From a virus: DNA of 64,000 nucleotides. Made by a program: the position numbers and the translations under genes. Below the pieces are notes generated by a model that did not search any database, was not told the origin of the DNA, and saw nothing but the letters and a program-made list of their open reading frames with translations. Every line of letters begins with the position of its first letter. Position 1 is the stretch's first letter. Positions 20,776 through 31,010 of this stretch are shown here, piece by piece. The stretch spans positions 10,050 to 74,049 of IMG/VR virus record IMGVR_UViG_3300010354_000067; one strand, written 5' to 3'.

Positions 20776-20970
20776 ATGCTAGTGTGTAAAAGATGCAGCG
20801 GAAGAATATTTGTTGACAGCATGTACAATGCTGAAAATCATGTTGAAATATTTTGCATAAATTGTGGTTTTAGAAAGTTTTATCACAACTGGCAGCCAGA
20901 TGATAGGGAGGCGTTATGGTTTCTAGCGGCAGAGAAGATCAGGGCAAAGAGATCAATCTCTCCGTTATAA
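20776..20970 (+). CDS. Small Zn-ribbon protein
   Basis: CKRC...CINCG. Confidence 0.6.
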   Translation: MLVCKRCSGRIFVDSMYNAENHVEIFCINCGFRKFYHNWQPDDREALWFLAAEKIRAKRSISPL

Positions 20971-21458
20971 AGCGACCCAGACGCAAGGTTTGGTTTTTAA
21001 ATGGAGATCTTGTTCGTGTAGAGCATACTAGTCGTGCAGCAGGAATCGTAACCCTATATAATCTTACTCAGGATAGAAGAGAAACTACCACAGTAATAGA
21101 TTTTAAAAAGAAAAGGAAGCGTGCTTTTACAGTTAAAGAAACAGCACAACTGCTGAACTGCCATAGAAAGCATATTCCAAGACTAGTAAAAAGAGGCATC
21201 ATTCCAGATCCAGTGGGGGAACTTCCAAATGGAGAAAGAGCCTTTCACCACTTGTCATATTACTCAGAAGACGTTATAATGGAAGCACGCAAGGCTATGT
21301 CTCAAATACACCATGGCGCTGCTCGTAAGGATGGTCTTATTACTAATAACAAGACTCCTACTGAGCAGGAGTTGCGTTATGCAATGGGAGATGGTATCCT
21401 GTTGTATACGAAAACCGAAGACGGTAGATTCGTACCAATTTTCAACGAAACCATCTAG
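20916..21458 (+). CDS. MerR-like HTH DNA-binding protein
   Basis: AFTVKETAQLLNCHRKHIPRLVKRGIIP. Confidence 0.6.
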   Translation: MVSSGREDQGKEINLSVIKRPRRKVWFLNGDLVRVEHTSRAAGIVTLYNLTQDRRETTTVIDFKKKRKRAFTVKETAQLLNCHRKHIPRLVKRGIIPDPVGELPNGERAFHHLSYYSEDVIMEARKAMSQIHHGAARKDGLITNNKTPTEQELRYAMGDGILLYTKTEDGRFVPIFNETI

Positions 21459-21472
21459 CGAAAGGATCGTAC

Positions 21473-21670
21473 ATGGAACCTACTAAGGTTCAGTGGTCCC
21501 TTGGATACACACTCAATACAGGTAATTTTCAGTCACTTAGGCTGGATTGTCAAGTAAATGATTTTGTGCGCGAGGGAGAATCAACTAAGGATGCATCAGA
21601 TAGGATCTATGCATTTGTAGAGCAGCAACTAATTGAGAAGTTAAACGAGGCCAAGGAGGAACTGGCATGA
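21473..21670 (+). CDS. Hypothetical protein
   Basis: LGYTLNTGNFQSLRLD motif; in operon. Confidence 0.55.
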   Translation: MEPTKVQWSLGYTLNTGNFQSLRLDCQVNDFVREGESTKDASDRIYAFVEQQLIEKLNEAKEELA

Positions 21671-21876
21671 AGAAGAATCACGCATATCTAGCATGGGGTG
21701 AGTCCCCCTTTGTAGTCTGCTCATGGGGAGAGACACCAGGCAAGGCTCTAAGGAAGTTGGGTCGCCTAATTGATCAGCAGGTTAAGGAAGACGAAAGTGT
21801 AATTGTGCTTAGCACAAATTGTCACTATGATGAGGATGGCGTTTTTAACGCAAACGCAACTCTGTCAAGGTTTTAG
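21667..21876 (+). CDS. Hypothetical protein
   Basis: Overlapping start/stop, RBS. Confidence 0.5.
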   Translation: MKKNHAYLAWGESPFVVCSWGETPGKALRKLGRLIDQQVKEDESVIVLSTNCHYDEDGVFNANATLSRF

Positions 21877-21878
21877 TC

Positions 21879-22199
21879 ATGGCTGATCGCAAGGAAAGGT
21901 TTGCGATTCTAAGTAGATTTGAAAAGCATTACAAGATGAGCGGCCTGCCACCCACAATGATTAACAAGTACAATGAACAGTGGGCGGCAGACGCTCTGAT
22001 TGAATCGTTTTCTCTAGACGAAATCTATGAGGCTATGGAATACTACTTTCAAATTAATCCACGCCCGTCGTGGAAGGGATTTGCAAACAATGTAGATCGT
22101 CTGCTACAATCCAAGGCAGATAAAGAAGAAGATATGAGGCTGCGTGCTGAGAGGCGTGCAATGGCAAAGGAGTGGTTGAGTGAGCAATCTAGAGGCTAA
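21879..22199 (+). CDS. Hypothetical protein, possible helicase loader
   Basis: Immediately upstream of and overlapping DnaB. Confidence 0.4.
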   Translation: MADRKERFAILSRFEKHYKMSGLPPTMINKYNEQWAADALIESFSLDEIYEAMEYYFQINPRPSWKGFANNVDRLLQSKADKEEDMRLRAERRAMAKEWLSEQSRG

Positions 22200-23394
22200 G
22201 ACAATTTCTGCTGTACTGAATGATAAGCAGGTACACGTTCTTCTACAGGCAAACGTAGACACTCTTCTTAGGACACATGGAGATATCTGGGAGTTTGTTC
22301 GTGAATATTATGAACAGAATTCAACCGTTCCCCCAGTAGATCTTGTAACCAAAAAGTTCTCAGACTTTGATTATGACAACGATACTGGTGCAACAAAGTA
22401 CCATCTTGAAGAGTTACGCTCAGACTATCTCAATGACAGTCTAAAAATGATTCTTAGGTCTGCTGCTACAAATATGCAAGAGGGTAGAACTGCGGAGGCA
22501 TTGGATGGACTTATTGTAGAAACAGCAAATGTCAAGCGCATTACATCGTCAGTAAGAGATCTAGACGTATCAGATATTGATAGTGCTGTCGCTCACTTTG
22601 AGAATATCAGAAAGATGCAGGAGGCAGGAACACATGGAATCTACACAGGACTCGCAGGATTTGACAACTATCTACCTGCGGGAATTACGCCAGGTCAGTT
22701 GGGCGTCCTTCTGGCTTATCCTGCTATTGGTAAGTCTTGGATGGCTCTTTATCTCGCTGTTCAGGCTTGGAAGAATGGCAAGTCGCCGCTCATCGTATCA
22801 CTGGAAATGACTGAGGCAGAGGTTCGTAATAGAATTTATGCAATCATTGGTCAGGGTATGTGGAGTCATAGAAAGTTGTCCTCTGGTCAAGTAGAAATTG
22901 ACATGTTCAAGAAGTGGGCAGAGAAGACTTTTGATGGCAAGCCAAGCATTAATATTATCTCTAACGACGGAATTGGTGAGGTGTCTCCTAGTGTTCTCAG
23001 AGGAAAGATTGATCAGTATAAGCCTGATATTGTTTTCGTTGATTATCTTAATCTAATGACCAGCAATACTCGTACAGAAAGTGAAGTGGTTAAGATGAAG
23101 AATCTTAGTCGTGAACTTAAGTTGCTGGCTATTGGAGAGCAGATTCCTATTGTGGCTATCTCATCTGCCACCCCAGACGATGTTACGGACATGAATAGTG
23201 TGCCAACGCTTGGACAGACCTCTTGGTCACGACAGATTGCCTATGATGCTGACTGGCTGCTTGCACTAGGTCGTGCCCCAAACAGCGACGTTCTTGAGGC
23301 GGTATTTAGAAAGAACCGCAACGGATTCCTTGGAGAATTTATGGTTCAGGTAGATTTTGATAGTGGTCGTTTTATTTACAAAGATTTTGAGTAA
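22180..23394 (+). CDS. dnaB: DnaB-like replicative helicase
   Basis: Walker A AYPAIGKS, SLEM, VFVDYL, YDAD, KNRNG. Confidence 0.92.
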   Translation: MSNLEAKTISAVLNDKQVHVLLQANVDTLLRTHGDIWEFVREYYEQNSTVPPVDLVTKKFSDFDYDNDTGATKYHLEELRSDYLNDSLKMILRSAATNMQEGRTAEALDGLIVETANVKRITSSVRDLDVSDIDSAVAHFENIRKMQEAGTHGIYTGLAGFDNYLPAGITPGQLGVLLAYPAIGKSWMALYLAVQAWKNGKSPLIVSLEMTEAEVRNRIYAIIGQGMWSHRKLSSGQVEIDMFKKWAEKTFDGKPSINIISNDGIGEVSPSVLRGKIDQYKPDIVFVDYLNLMTSNTRTESEVVKMKNLSRELKLLAIGEQIPIVAISSATPDDVTDMNSVPTLGQTSWSRQIAYDADWLLALGRAPNSDVLEAVFRKNRNGFLGEFMVQVDFDSGRFIYKDFE

Positions 23395-23432
23395 CTTGTT
23401 GCAAAAATACAAAGTAATGGTACAATGATATT

Positions 23433-23711
23433 ATGACTACACATAATCTAGTTACACTAAGCAGCACAGAAGATACACTTCTTTCTCCAAACGGGGTACA
23501 TTCTGGAGTAAATATTTCAATTCAGAATGTAAACGCATCTGGATACATCTATCTTGGCGGAGAGGGAGTAACAACGTCAGACTATGGATTTAGGCTTGCT
23601 GTAGGCAACGCTATTTCTTTTGAACTTGATGCACTTGATTCTATCTATGCAGTATCTCAAACTAACGGACTGTATGCTGCTGTTATTATTACAACTTTGG
23701 CTGAATTATAA
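23433..23711 (+). CDS. Small beta-rich protein (virion decoration-like)
   Basis: IQNV...IYLGG..VTTSDYGFRL pattern; own extended -10 promoter. Confidence 0.45.
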   Translation: MTTHNLVTLSSTEDTLLSPNGVHSGVNISIQNVNASGYIYLGGEGVTTSDYGFRLAVGNAISFELDALDSIYAVSQTNGLYAAVIITTLAEL

Positions 23712-24232
23712 TGATTAGATTTGATAATCCACAGGCTGGCAATACGCTACTGCCCTCCACTTTTGGGGCATACTATGGAGCATTCTATAGTAGCGTGGAT
23801 CAATCATTGGCAGCCAATACAGCGGGGGCAATGAAATTTGAAAACACTCAACTATCAAATGGTATTTCAATTACTAATAATGCTCTAGGATTTCCAACAA
23901 GAATTACATTTGATAATATAGGAATATATAATATTGCTTTTTCTGCACAGTTGCATAATACTGGTGGAGGAGGCTCTGGAACAATTGTAGATATTTGGTT
24001 AAAGCATAATGATCAGACAGAGCCAGATACAAATACTAGAACTACTGTAAATACAAATAGCCCATATATTGTTGCGGCTTGGAACTTTTTTGTAGAAGTA
24101 GATACTTTGCCACAGTGGTTTGAAATCTTCTGGCAGACAGAAAATGCTAATATTCGTCTAGAACAACTAGGGGCTAGTGGTAATATGCCAGCAACGCCAT
24201 CTATTATTCTAACAGCAAATCAAGTTGGATAA
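23711..24232 (+). CDS. BclA-C/C1q-like beta-sandwich protein
   Basis: YGAFYS..Q...ITF..IGIYNIAFSAQL pattern. Confidence 0.45.
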   Translation: MIRFDNPQAGNTLLPSTFGAYYGAFYSSVDQSLAANTAGAMKFENTQLSNGISITNNALGFPTRITFDNIGIYNIAFSAQLHNTGGGGSGTIVDIWLKHNDQTEPDTNTRTTVNTNSPYIVAAWNFFVEVDTLPQWFEIFWQTENANIRLEQLGASGNMPATPSIILTANQVG

Positions 24233-24250
24233 TACTGATATAATTTATGC

Positions 24251-24589
24251 ATGAACAACTTCATACATAAATCAATCAAACGTTTTTATTTAGACGGACA
24301 GATTCATGATGATGCGTTCATACCTCGCTTGCGCGAAGAATACATAAAAATATTAGAAACACAAATGAAGTTACAGGGCTATGCCCCACGACTTGACATT
24401 GACCCAGATTTTACAATAGAATATACAGGAAAATACTACGAATTTAAATTATCAGTTTACGGTACTTTTGTAGGGAAAAGGAATGCAGAATGTCTAAGAG
24501 GAATCGACAAGAACAAACCAATATTTATACCCCAGAACAAGTTAGGCGAGTCGTCCTTGGATCAGGAATACAGATCGAATCAGAAGTAG
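24251..24589 (+). CDS. Hypothetical protein
   Basis: Leaderless ORF after promoter; overlaps primase. Confidence 0.55.
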   Translation: MNNFIHKSIKRFYLDGQIHDDAFIPRLREEYIKILETQMKLQGYAPRLDIDPDFTIEYTGKYYEFKLSVYGTFVGKRNAECLRGIDKNKPIFIPQNKLGESSLDQEYRSNQK

Positions 24590-25434
24590 ACTCTGACTAT
24601 ATTGTATTCTGCCCATTTCACAATAACTATCGTACTCCAGCAGGAGAGGTTTCAAAAGAAAGAGGAACCTTCTTTTGTTTTTCCTGTCAAACCTCAAAGT
24701 CTCTTGTTGAATTCGTAATGTTTGTAACGAGAAAGTCATACTTTGAGAGCATCAGGCTCATTGAGTCTTTTGAAACAGAGTCAAATATCCTTGACATTAT
24801 TGATAATACCCTAGTAAAAACTAATGACTTTAAGCCGTTTGATGAACTTCTTATTAGAAGGTTGCATCAGCAAGCGCTTGATTCCCCTAGGGCTATGCGG
24901 TACTTTGAGGGACGTAGGATATCGGAAAATTCAATTAAGACATATCTATTGGGATATTCAAATAATCAAGATATGGTAATTGTCCCAATGTATGATCCAA
25001 GCGGGAAAATCTGTGTTGGCTTTGTTGCAAGGTCTGTAGAGGGTAAAGAGTTCAAGAATACCCCAGGACTTCCAAAATCTAAGATTCTTTTTAATCTTAG
25101 TCGTGCAAAGCAATATAATTCTGTCTATGTTGTAGAATCATCCTTTGATGCAATTAGGCTCAATCAAAATGGTGTAGCCGCTGTTGCTACACTAGGAGCA
25201 AATGTATCAAGAAATCAGACCGACCTCTTGACAAAATACTTCAATGATGTTATAGTTGTCGGAGACAATGATGATGCTGGAAAAGAGATGCAGGGCAAGA
25301 TCCTAGATCGCTTAGGCAATCGTGCTACACTTATCGGTATTCCAAGCAGATTCAAGGATATCGGAGATATGTCAGATTCTGATATCCAAGAGTTAGTAAA
25401 AAGAATAAAAGATCCACTATTAAACTACATTTAG
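24490..25434 (+). CDS. dnaG: DNA primase (CHC2 Zn finger + TOPRIM)
   Basis: CPFH...CFSC; VVESSFD; DNDDAG; KDIGD. Confidence 0.9.
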   Translation: MSKRNRQEQTNIYTPEQVRRVVLGSGIQIESEVDSDYIVFCPFHNNYRTPAGEVSKERGTFFCFSCQTSKSLVEFVMFVTRKSYFESIRLIESFETESNILDIIDNTLVKTNDFKPFDELLIRRLHQQALDSPRAMRYFEGRRISENSIKTYLLGYSNNQDMVIVPMYDPSGKICVGFVARSVEGKEFKNTPGLPKSKILFNLSRAKQYNSVYVVESSFDAIRLNQNGVAAVATLGANVSRNQTDLLTKYFNDVIVVGDNDDAGKEMQGKILDRLGNRATLIGIPSRFKDIGDMSDSDIQELVKRIKDPLLNYI

Positions 25435-25442
25435 GAGATATC

Positions 25443-26123
25443 ATGGGAATTATGAAGGGACTAAAGGCCATGGAACAGGCCATTGACAAGCCCCGTGCAA
25501 CAGATAACAGCGGAGGCATGAAGGTTCGCTGGGTTAAGATTGACGATGGTCAGTCAGCAAAGGTTCGTTTTGTAAATGAACTTGACTCTGATTCACCAAA
25601 CTATAGCGAGGATCGTGACCTTGCTATCGTTGTTTCAGAGCATACAAATCCAAAGGATTACAAGCGTAAGGCTGTTTGTACAATGGATAGCGAGGGACGT
25701 TGCTACGGATGTGAGATGGCTCGCAAGGAAACAATGGAAGATCGCAAGCGCGGTGGATCGTGGCGACCACGACTGCGCTTCTACACCAACCTTTTGGTTG
25801 ATGACGGCATTGAAGAGCCATACGTTGCAGTATGGTCACAGGGTGTAGGCAAGCAGTCTGCATTCAATAACATTCGTGAGTACGCCTTGGAGACTGGAAG
25901 CATCAGTAACCTTGCGTGGAAGTTGAAGCGTCAGGGCACAGGCACTGATACAACGTATGTTCTTCTTCCAAGTGCTCCCGATAAGGAGCCATTTGAGTGG
26001 AATGGTGTTGAGCCATTCAATCTTGAGAAGGTAGTTCGTGAACTGCCATATGCAGAGCAGGAGTCATTCTACCTTGGCTTTGATGGTCCAGTAGGTTCTA
26101 CCACATCAAATATTGATTGGTAA
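25443..26123 (+). CDS. ssDNA-binding protein (gp32-like)
   Basis: H/C Zn motif, KLKRQGTGTDTTY, terminal IDW tip. Confidence 0.7.
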   Translation: MGIMKGLKAMEQAIDKPRATDNSGGMKVRWVKIDDGQSAKVRFVNELDSDSPNYSEDRDLAIVVSEHTNPKDYKRKAVCTMDSEGRCYGCEMARKETMEDRKRGGSWRPRLRFYTNLLVDDGIEEPYVAVWSQGVGKQSAFNNIREYALETGSISNLAWKLKRQGTGTDTTYVLLPSAPDKEPFEWNGVEPFNLEKVVRELPYAEQESFYLGFDGPVGSTTSNIDW

Positions 26124-26130
26124 TTAGACT

Positions 26131-26241
26131 GGTGGGGGAGGGTACGCGATTCGTGTATGGTATTTCGTGTAATAACTTAGGATGGTTGTAGTTAGTCGGC
26201 TGAGTTACGGTTGAGATTCCTACAGAAGTCCCTCCCCCACC
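26131..26241 (+). ncRNA. Putative structured RNA in dnaE leader
   Basis: 12-bp closing stem GGTGGGGGAGGG/CCCTCCCCCACC with inner stem TAACTTAG/CTGAGTTA. Confidence 0.5.
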
Positions 26242-26256
26242 TTATTAGAAAGGATT

Positions 26257-29200
26257 ATGTTGTATACCCCTCTTCATGTACATACACACTTTAGCCAGAT
26301 GGACGGCGTAGCAACTCCAGAAGAGTATGTTGCACGAGCAGCAGAGGTTGGAATGTCTGCCATTGCAATTACAGATCATGGAACGCTATCAGGTCATCGC
26401 CCAATGTATCGTGCAGCAAAGTCTGCTGGCATTAAGCCAATTCTTGGAATTGAAGGCTACATCACAGCAGATAGGCACGACAAGAGAGATAAGTCAGAGA
26501 GAACTACTCCGCTTGACCTTGTTTATAATCATATTGTTATTCTTGCTAAGAACGATCAAGGCCTAGAGAATCTAGGAAAACTTAATGAGATTTCGTGGAA
26601 TGAGGGGTATTACCGTAAGCCAAGAATAGACTTTGAGGTCTTGGATAAGTATGGCGACGGACTCATTATTACATCAGCCTGTATGTCTGGCCTTATTAAC
26701 AAGGCTATTGAGGCTGGAGAATTTGCTGTAGCAAAGCAGCATCTGAAGTGGTTTGGGGACCGCTTTGGGGAAGACTTTTATGTTGAGGTAATGCCTCATA
26801 ATCCTCCTGAAATTAATCAAGCACTAGTACAACTTGCTGATGCTGGAGGGTATAAGTTAGTGGTTACTCCAGACTGTCACCATGCAACTCTTGATCAGAA
26901 AGAGATTCAGGAGATGATGCTTATTCTTAATACTCATGCCAAACTTGAGAAGGATATCTCCTTTGAGAAGTCAAGGAAGCATGAGAATATGATGGAGAGA
27001 CTGGACTATCTCTATGGTAAGGATAGAATGATGAGTTTCAATAAGTTTGACATTCATCTTCTTTCACCAGAAGAGATGGTAGAGGCGATGAATAATAACG
27101 GAGGGTTCCGCGATGATATGTTTTCTAATACGCTTGAGATTGCAGACAAGGTTGAGGATTATACAATTAGTCGCAATCTCAACCTGCTTCCTGTCGAATA
27201 CCGCGACCCTGATTCAGAAATCAGGAAGGAATGCTTGGAGTTTCTTAGTGCAAATGGTCTAGAGTCAGAGGACTATATTGCTAGACTTGATGAAGAGTTA
27301 GGCGTAATCAAGGATAAGAACTTTGCGTCTTACTTTATTGTTGTAAGGAACATGCTCACTTGGGCAAAGAAGAATGGGATCATGGTAGGCCCAGGCCGTG
27401 GATCTAGCGCTGGCTCTCTAGTATGTTACGCCCTTGGAATCACAGACATTGATCCCATTAAGCATGGGCTTCTCTTCTTCCGATTTATCGATCCAGAGCG
27501 TGATGACTTCCCAGACGTTGATTCTGATATTCAGGACAGCCGTCGTGAAGAGGTAAAGGATTATCTAGAAAGGCAATATCGACATGTTGCATCAATCGCT
27601 ACCTTCCTTCAGTTCAAGGATAAGGGGGTCGTCAGAGATGTTTCTCGTTGTCTCAACATTCCACTGTCTGATGTTAACCGTGCGCTTAAGGCAGTTGATA
27701 CTTGGGAGGAATATATAACCTCAAAGAATACCTCATGGTTTAGGGAGAAGTATCCAGAAGTTGAGGTATATGGAGATAAGTTGCGCGGAAGAATTCGTGG
27801 AACAGGAATTCACGCAGCAGGAGTTGTTACTTCTAAGATTCCTATCTCTAAGGTTGCTCCAATGGAGACTCGCTCAGTTACAGGATCAGAGGGACGTATT
27901 CCTGTCGTTGCAGTAGACATGGAAGAGGCAGCAGATATTGGCCTGATTAAGATTGACGCACTTGGCCTTAAGACTCTAACAGTAATTAATGATTGTCTCT
28001 CTATTATTGAAGAGAGAACTGGAAAGCGACCAGATCTCCATAAGATTAATATGGAAGACAAGAACATCTATACAATGCTCTCAGATGGTCACACCAAGGG
28101 AGTATTCCAGTGTGAAGCAACTCCGTATACCAACCTTCTCGTAAAGATGGGTGTGCATAAGTTTGATGAACTAGTAGCCTCAAATGCTCTAGTACGCCCA
28201 GGCGCAATGAATACTATTGGTAAGGACTACATTGCTCGCAAGCAGGGAAAGCAGGGGATCGTCTATCCTAGCCCTATTATGAAGGAGTTTACAGAGGATA
28301 CTTACGGTACAATTCTATATCAAGAGCAAGTTATGCTTGCTTGCGTGAAACTTGGTGGCATGACCATGGGTGAGGCTAACAAGGTTCGCAAGATTATTGG
28401 TAAGAAGAAGGATGCCCGTGAGTTTGACCAGTTCAAAGAGTTATTCGTTCGGAATGCTACTGGGCCGCTTGGCGGGTCGGCTGCTGAGAAGATGTGGCAT
28501 GATTTTGAAGCCCACGCAGGGTACTCGTTCAATAAGTCTCATGCGGTCGCTTACTCAACTGTGTCGTACTGGACGGCATGGCTAAAGCATTATCATCCAC
28601 TAGAGTTTATGTTTGCCCTTCTCAAGAATGAGAAGGATAAGGATGCTCGTACAGAATATATGATTGAGGCAAAGCGTATGGGCATACCTATGCGTCTGCC
28701 ACACATCAATGATTCAGATATTGACTTCAAGATTGAGGGGAAGGGTATTCGCTTTGGGCTGGCTAGCATTAAGTTTATTTCTGATAAGATCGCTGAGCGA
28801 TATATTGCTGCACGGCCCTTCAGAAGTTATAAGGATGTTCAAGAATTTACATTCACTAAGGGTAATGGAGTAAATTCTCGTGCCCTTGAATCAATGAACA
28901 AGGTAGGCGCTCTGACATTTCCAGACAACCCAGCGAATCAGGAAACTATTCGTGAGAATATGTACGAGTATTTAAATCTACCAGAGTTTAATTTGCAAAT
29001 CCCCCAGCACTATCATGCTTACATTACTACTGCTGATGAGTTTGATGAAAAGGGAGCGTTTATTATGATGGGCGTTGTCCGTGGAATCAAGCGCGGTAAG
29101 GGATGGAGCAGAGTAGAACTACTAGACAGCACAGGAAGCGTAGGTATTTTTGATGATGAGGAAACATCCATCGAAGCAGGTCGCACTTATATTATTCTTG

Positions 29201-29526
29201 TTGGATCTAACAGAGTCGTGGAAGCGGTTCCTATTGATGAGATACGAGAAAGTAACAGCCCGTTGGTACGGTTCCTAAACTATAAGCAGTTGCCGTATGG
29301 ACAGGATGAGTATTTTGTGCTATCCTTTAAGCCTCGCATTACTAAGGCTGGAAAGCGAATGGCAAGCCTTGTAGTTGCTGACAGCGGAAGGGAACTTATG
29401 AGCATGATTGTTTTTCCCTCAACCTTTGCAATGGCATATACCAGAATCGAAGAGGGCAATGCATACAAGATCAACTATAGTCTTTCAAAAGATGAAGATT
29501 TAGTATTTCAGGAGGTAGTAGCATGA
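26257..29526 (+). CDS. dnaE: DNA polymerase III alpha subunit
   Basis: PHP HVHTHFS/ITDHG, GRGSSAGSL, PDVDSD, GYSFNKSHA. Confidence 0.97.
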   Translation: MLYTPLHVHTHFSQMDGVATPEEYVARAAEVGMSAIAITDHGTLSGHRPMYRAAKSAGIKPILGIEGYITADRHDKRDKSERTTPLDLVYNHIVILAKNDQGLENLGKLNEISWNEGYYRKPRIDFEVLDKYGDGLIITSACMSGLINKAIEAGEFAVAKQHLKWFGDRFGEDFYVEVMPHNPPEINQALVQLADAGGYKLVVTPDCHHATLDQKEIQEMMLILNTHAKLEKDISFEKSRKHENMMERLDYLYGKDRMMSFNKFDIHLLSPEEMVEAMNNNGGFRDDMFSNTLEIADKVEDYTISRNLNLLPVEYRDPDSEIRKECLEFLSANGLESEDYIARLDEELGVIKDKNFASYFIVVRNMLTWAKKNGIMVGPGRGSSAGSLVCYALGITDIDPIKHGLLFFRFIDPERDDFPDVDSDIQDSRREEVKDYLERQYRHVASIATFLQFKDKGVVRDVSRCLNIPLSDVNRALKAVDTWEEYITSKNTSWFREKYPEVEVYGDKLRGRIRGTGIHAAGVVTSKIPISKVAPMETRSVTGSEGRIPVVAVDMEEAADIGLIKIDALGLKTLTVINDCLSIIEERTGKRPDLHKINMEDKNIYTMLSDGHTKGVFQCEATPYTNLLVKMGVHKFDELVASNALVRPGAMNTIGKDYIARKQGKQGIVYPSPIMKEFTEDTYGTILYQEQVMLACVKLGGMTMGEANKVRKIIGKKKDAREFDQFKELFVRNATGPLGGSAAEKMWHDFEAHAGYSFNKSHAVAYSTVSYWTAWLKHYHPLEFMFALLKNEKDKDARTEYMIEAKRMGIPMRLPHINDSDIDFKIEGKGIRFGLASIKFISDKIAERYIAARPFRSYKDVQEFTFTKGNGVNSRALESMNKVGALTFPDNPANQETIRENMYEYLNLPEFNLQIPQHYHAYITTADEFDEKGAFIMMGVVRGIKRGKGWSRVELLDSTGSVGIFDDEETSIEAGRTYIILVGSNRVVEAVPIDEIRESNSPLVRFLNYKQLPYGQDEYFVLSFKPRITKAGKRMASLVVADSGRELMSMIVFPSTFAMAYTRIEEGNAYKINYSLSKDEDLVFQEVVA

Positions 29527-29855
29527 TTGATCTAGACGAACTTGCATTTGATCTACACGCAAATGCAGTTAACAAGGGCTTTTGGGAGCCTAACACAGAA
29601 GACAACCACATTGTCTTTTATCTCAAGCAACTTGCCATGGTGCATTCTGAGGTAAGTGAAGTGCTTGAGGCAATTCGTAAGGAGAAGGGACAAGACAAGG
29701 TTGTTGAGGAGTTTGCTGATATTCTTATTCGCGTTCTTGATCTTTATGCAGGCATGTTCCGTGATGGAGCGGTAACAGATTCACTACAGGCAGTTCTTCT
29801 TGCCAAGGCCCACACAAATACTCAACGACCAAAGATGCATGGGGTATTGGCGTGA
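29523..29855 (+). CDS. MazG-like NTP pyrophosphohydrolase
   Basis: HSEVSEVLEA...EEFADILIR. Confidence 0.8.
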   Translation: MIDLDELAFDLHANAVNKGFWEPNTEDNHIVFYLKQLAMVHSEVSEVLEAIRKEKGQDKVVEEFADILIRVLDLYAGMFRDGAVTDSLQAVLLAKAHTNTQRPKMHGVLA

Positions 29856-30862
29856 GCAATGTCGAAGAGGTTCTTGCTAATCTTAATCCAAAGTTACGAC
29901 AAAAGATTGGACTTGGCTCTGAGGTAGAACAGATTCAGTTTGCTAGTACACCTAGTTTTGGACTAAACCGTGCTCTTAATGGCGGTCTTCCCTATGGTCG
30001 TCAGGTATTGGTTTGGGGCAATAAGTCAAGTGGTAAGTCATCATTCCTCTTGCAAACAGTTGCAGAGGCTCAAAAGGAGGGCAAGGTATGTGCTTGGATC
30101 GATGCAGAAATGACGTTCTCCCCAGAGTGGGCGGCACAGTTAGGCGTAGACACAAGCAGCCTTATTGTTTCTACCGCCCGTACAGTCAACGATATGGTGG
30201 ATGTTGGTACGGATCTTATGCAGGCGGGTGCTGACATTATTGTTGTAGATTCTATCTCAGCCTTGCTGCCAGCAATTTACTTTGAGAAGGACAGCACAGA
30301 CCTGAAGCAACTAGAAAATACAAAGCAGATTGGTGCAGAGGCTAGAGATATGACCAATGCTGTCAAGATGCTCAACTATGCTAATAACCAAGACAAGCCA
30401 ACACTACTTATTCTTATTAGTCAGGCTCGTAATAATATTGGAGCAATGTATGCAACTCAGCAGCCCACAGGCGGCATGGCAGTTAAGTTCTATTCGTCTA
30501 CTATCATCAAGTTGTTCTCTTCTGAGTCTGACAATCAGGCTATCAAGGGGAAGATCTATGTTGGTGATAAGATCATTGAAGAGAAGGTTGGAAGAAAGGT
30601 TCGTTGGGAAGTTCAGTTTTCAAAGACGAGTCCAGCATTCCAGTCAGGGGAGTATGACTTTTATTTCCGTGGAGCCGATTTGGGAGTTGACTCAATCGCA
30701 GACCTTGTTGATACGGCAGAAATGCTTGGAATTATTGAACGAGGTGGCGCATGGTATACCTGTGAAGGAGAGAGATTCCAAGGAAGAGAGAAACTAGTTC
30801 TTGGGGTCAAGGAGAATCTTGATATGCAGGAATCACTTATTAAGAGGATAAAGAGTGTCTAG
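29852..30862 (+). CDS. recA: RecA-like recombinase
   Basis: GNKSSGKS, IDAE, IVVDS, GGMAVKFYSS, GAWY. Confidence 0.93.
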   Translation: MSNVEEVLANLNPKLRQKIGLGSEVEQIQFASTPSFGLNRALNGGLPYGRQVLVWGNKSSGKSSFLLQTVAEAQKEGKVCAWIDAEMTFSPEWAAQLGVDTSSLIVSTARTVNDMVDVGTDLMQAGADIIVVDSISALLPAIYFEKDSTDLKQLENTKQIGAEARDMTNAVKMLNYANNQDKPTLLILISQARNNIGAMYATQQPTGGMAVKFYSSTIIKLFSSESDNQAIKGKIYVGDKIIEEKVGRKVRWEVQFSKTSPAFQSGEYDFYFRGADLGVDSIADLVDTAEMLGIIERGGAWYTCEGERFQGREKLVLGVKENLDMQESLIKRIKSV

Positions 30863-31010
30863 GTATTCTAAATACTCTGGAAAGTTTTTCTGTCAAAGTT
30901 GTAAGGACGTTGTTGCTGAAGCAAGGTTCTACTCAAGTTCATATGAACTTACATGGATGTGCAAGGACAAACATCTTTCTAAGGTAAATCTGTATGCGAG
31001 GGGATACTAG
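30855..31010 (+). CDS. Small Zn-binding protein (not in ORF track)
   Basis: MSRYSKYSGKFFCQSC...WMCKDKHLSKV, 51 aa, fills the operon gap. Confidence 0.55.
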   Translation: MSRYSKYSGKFFCQSCKDVVAEARFYSSSYELTWMCKDKHLSKVNLYARGY

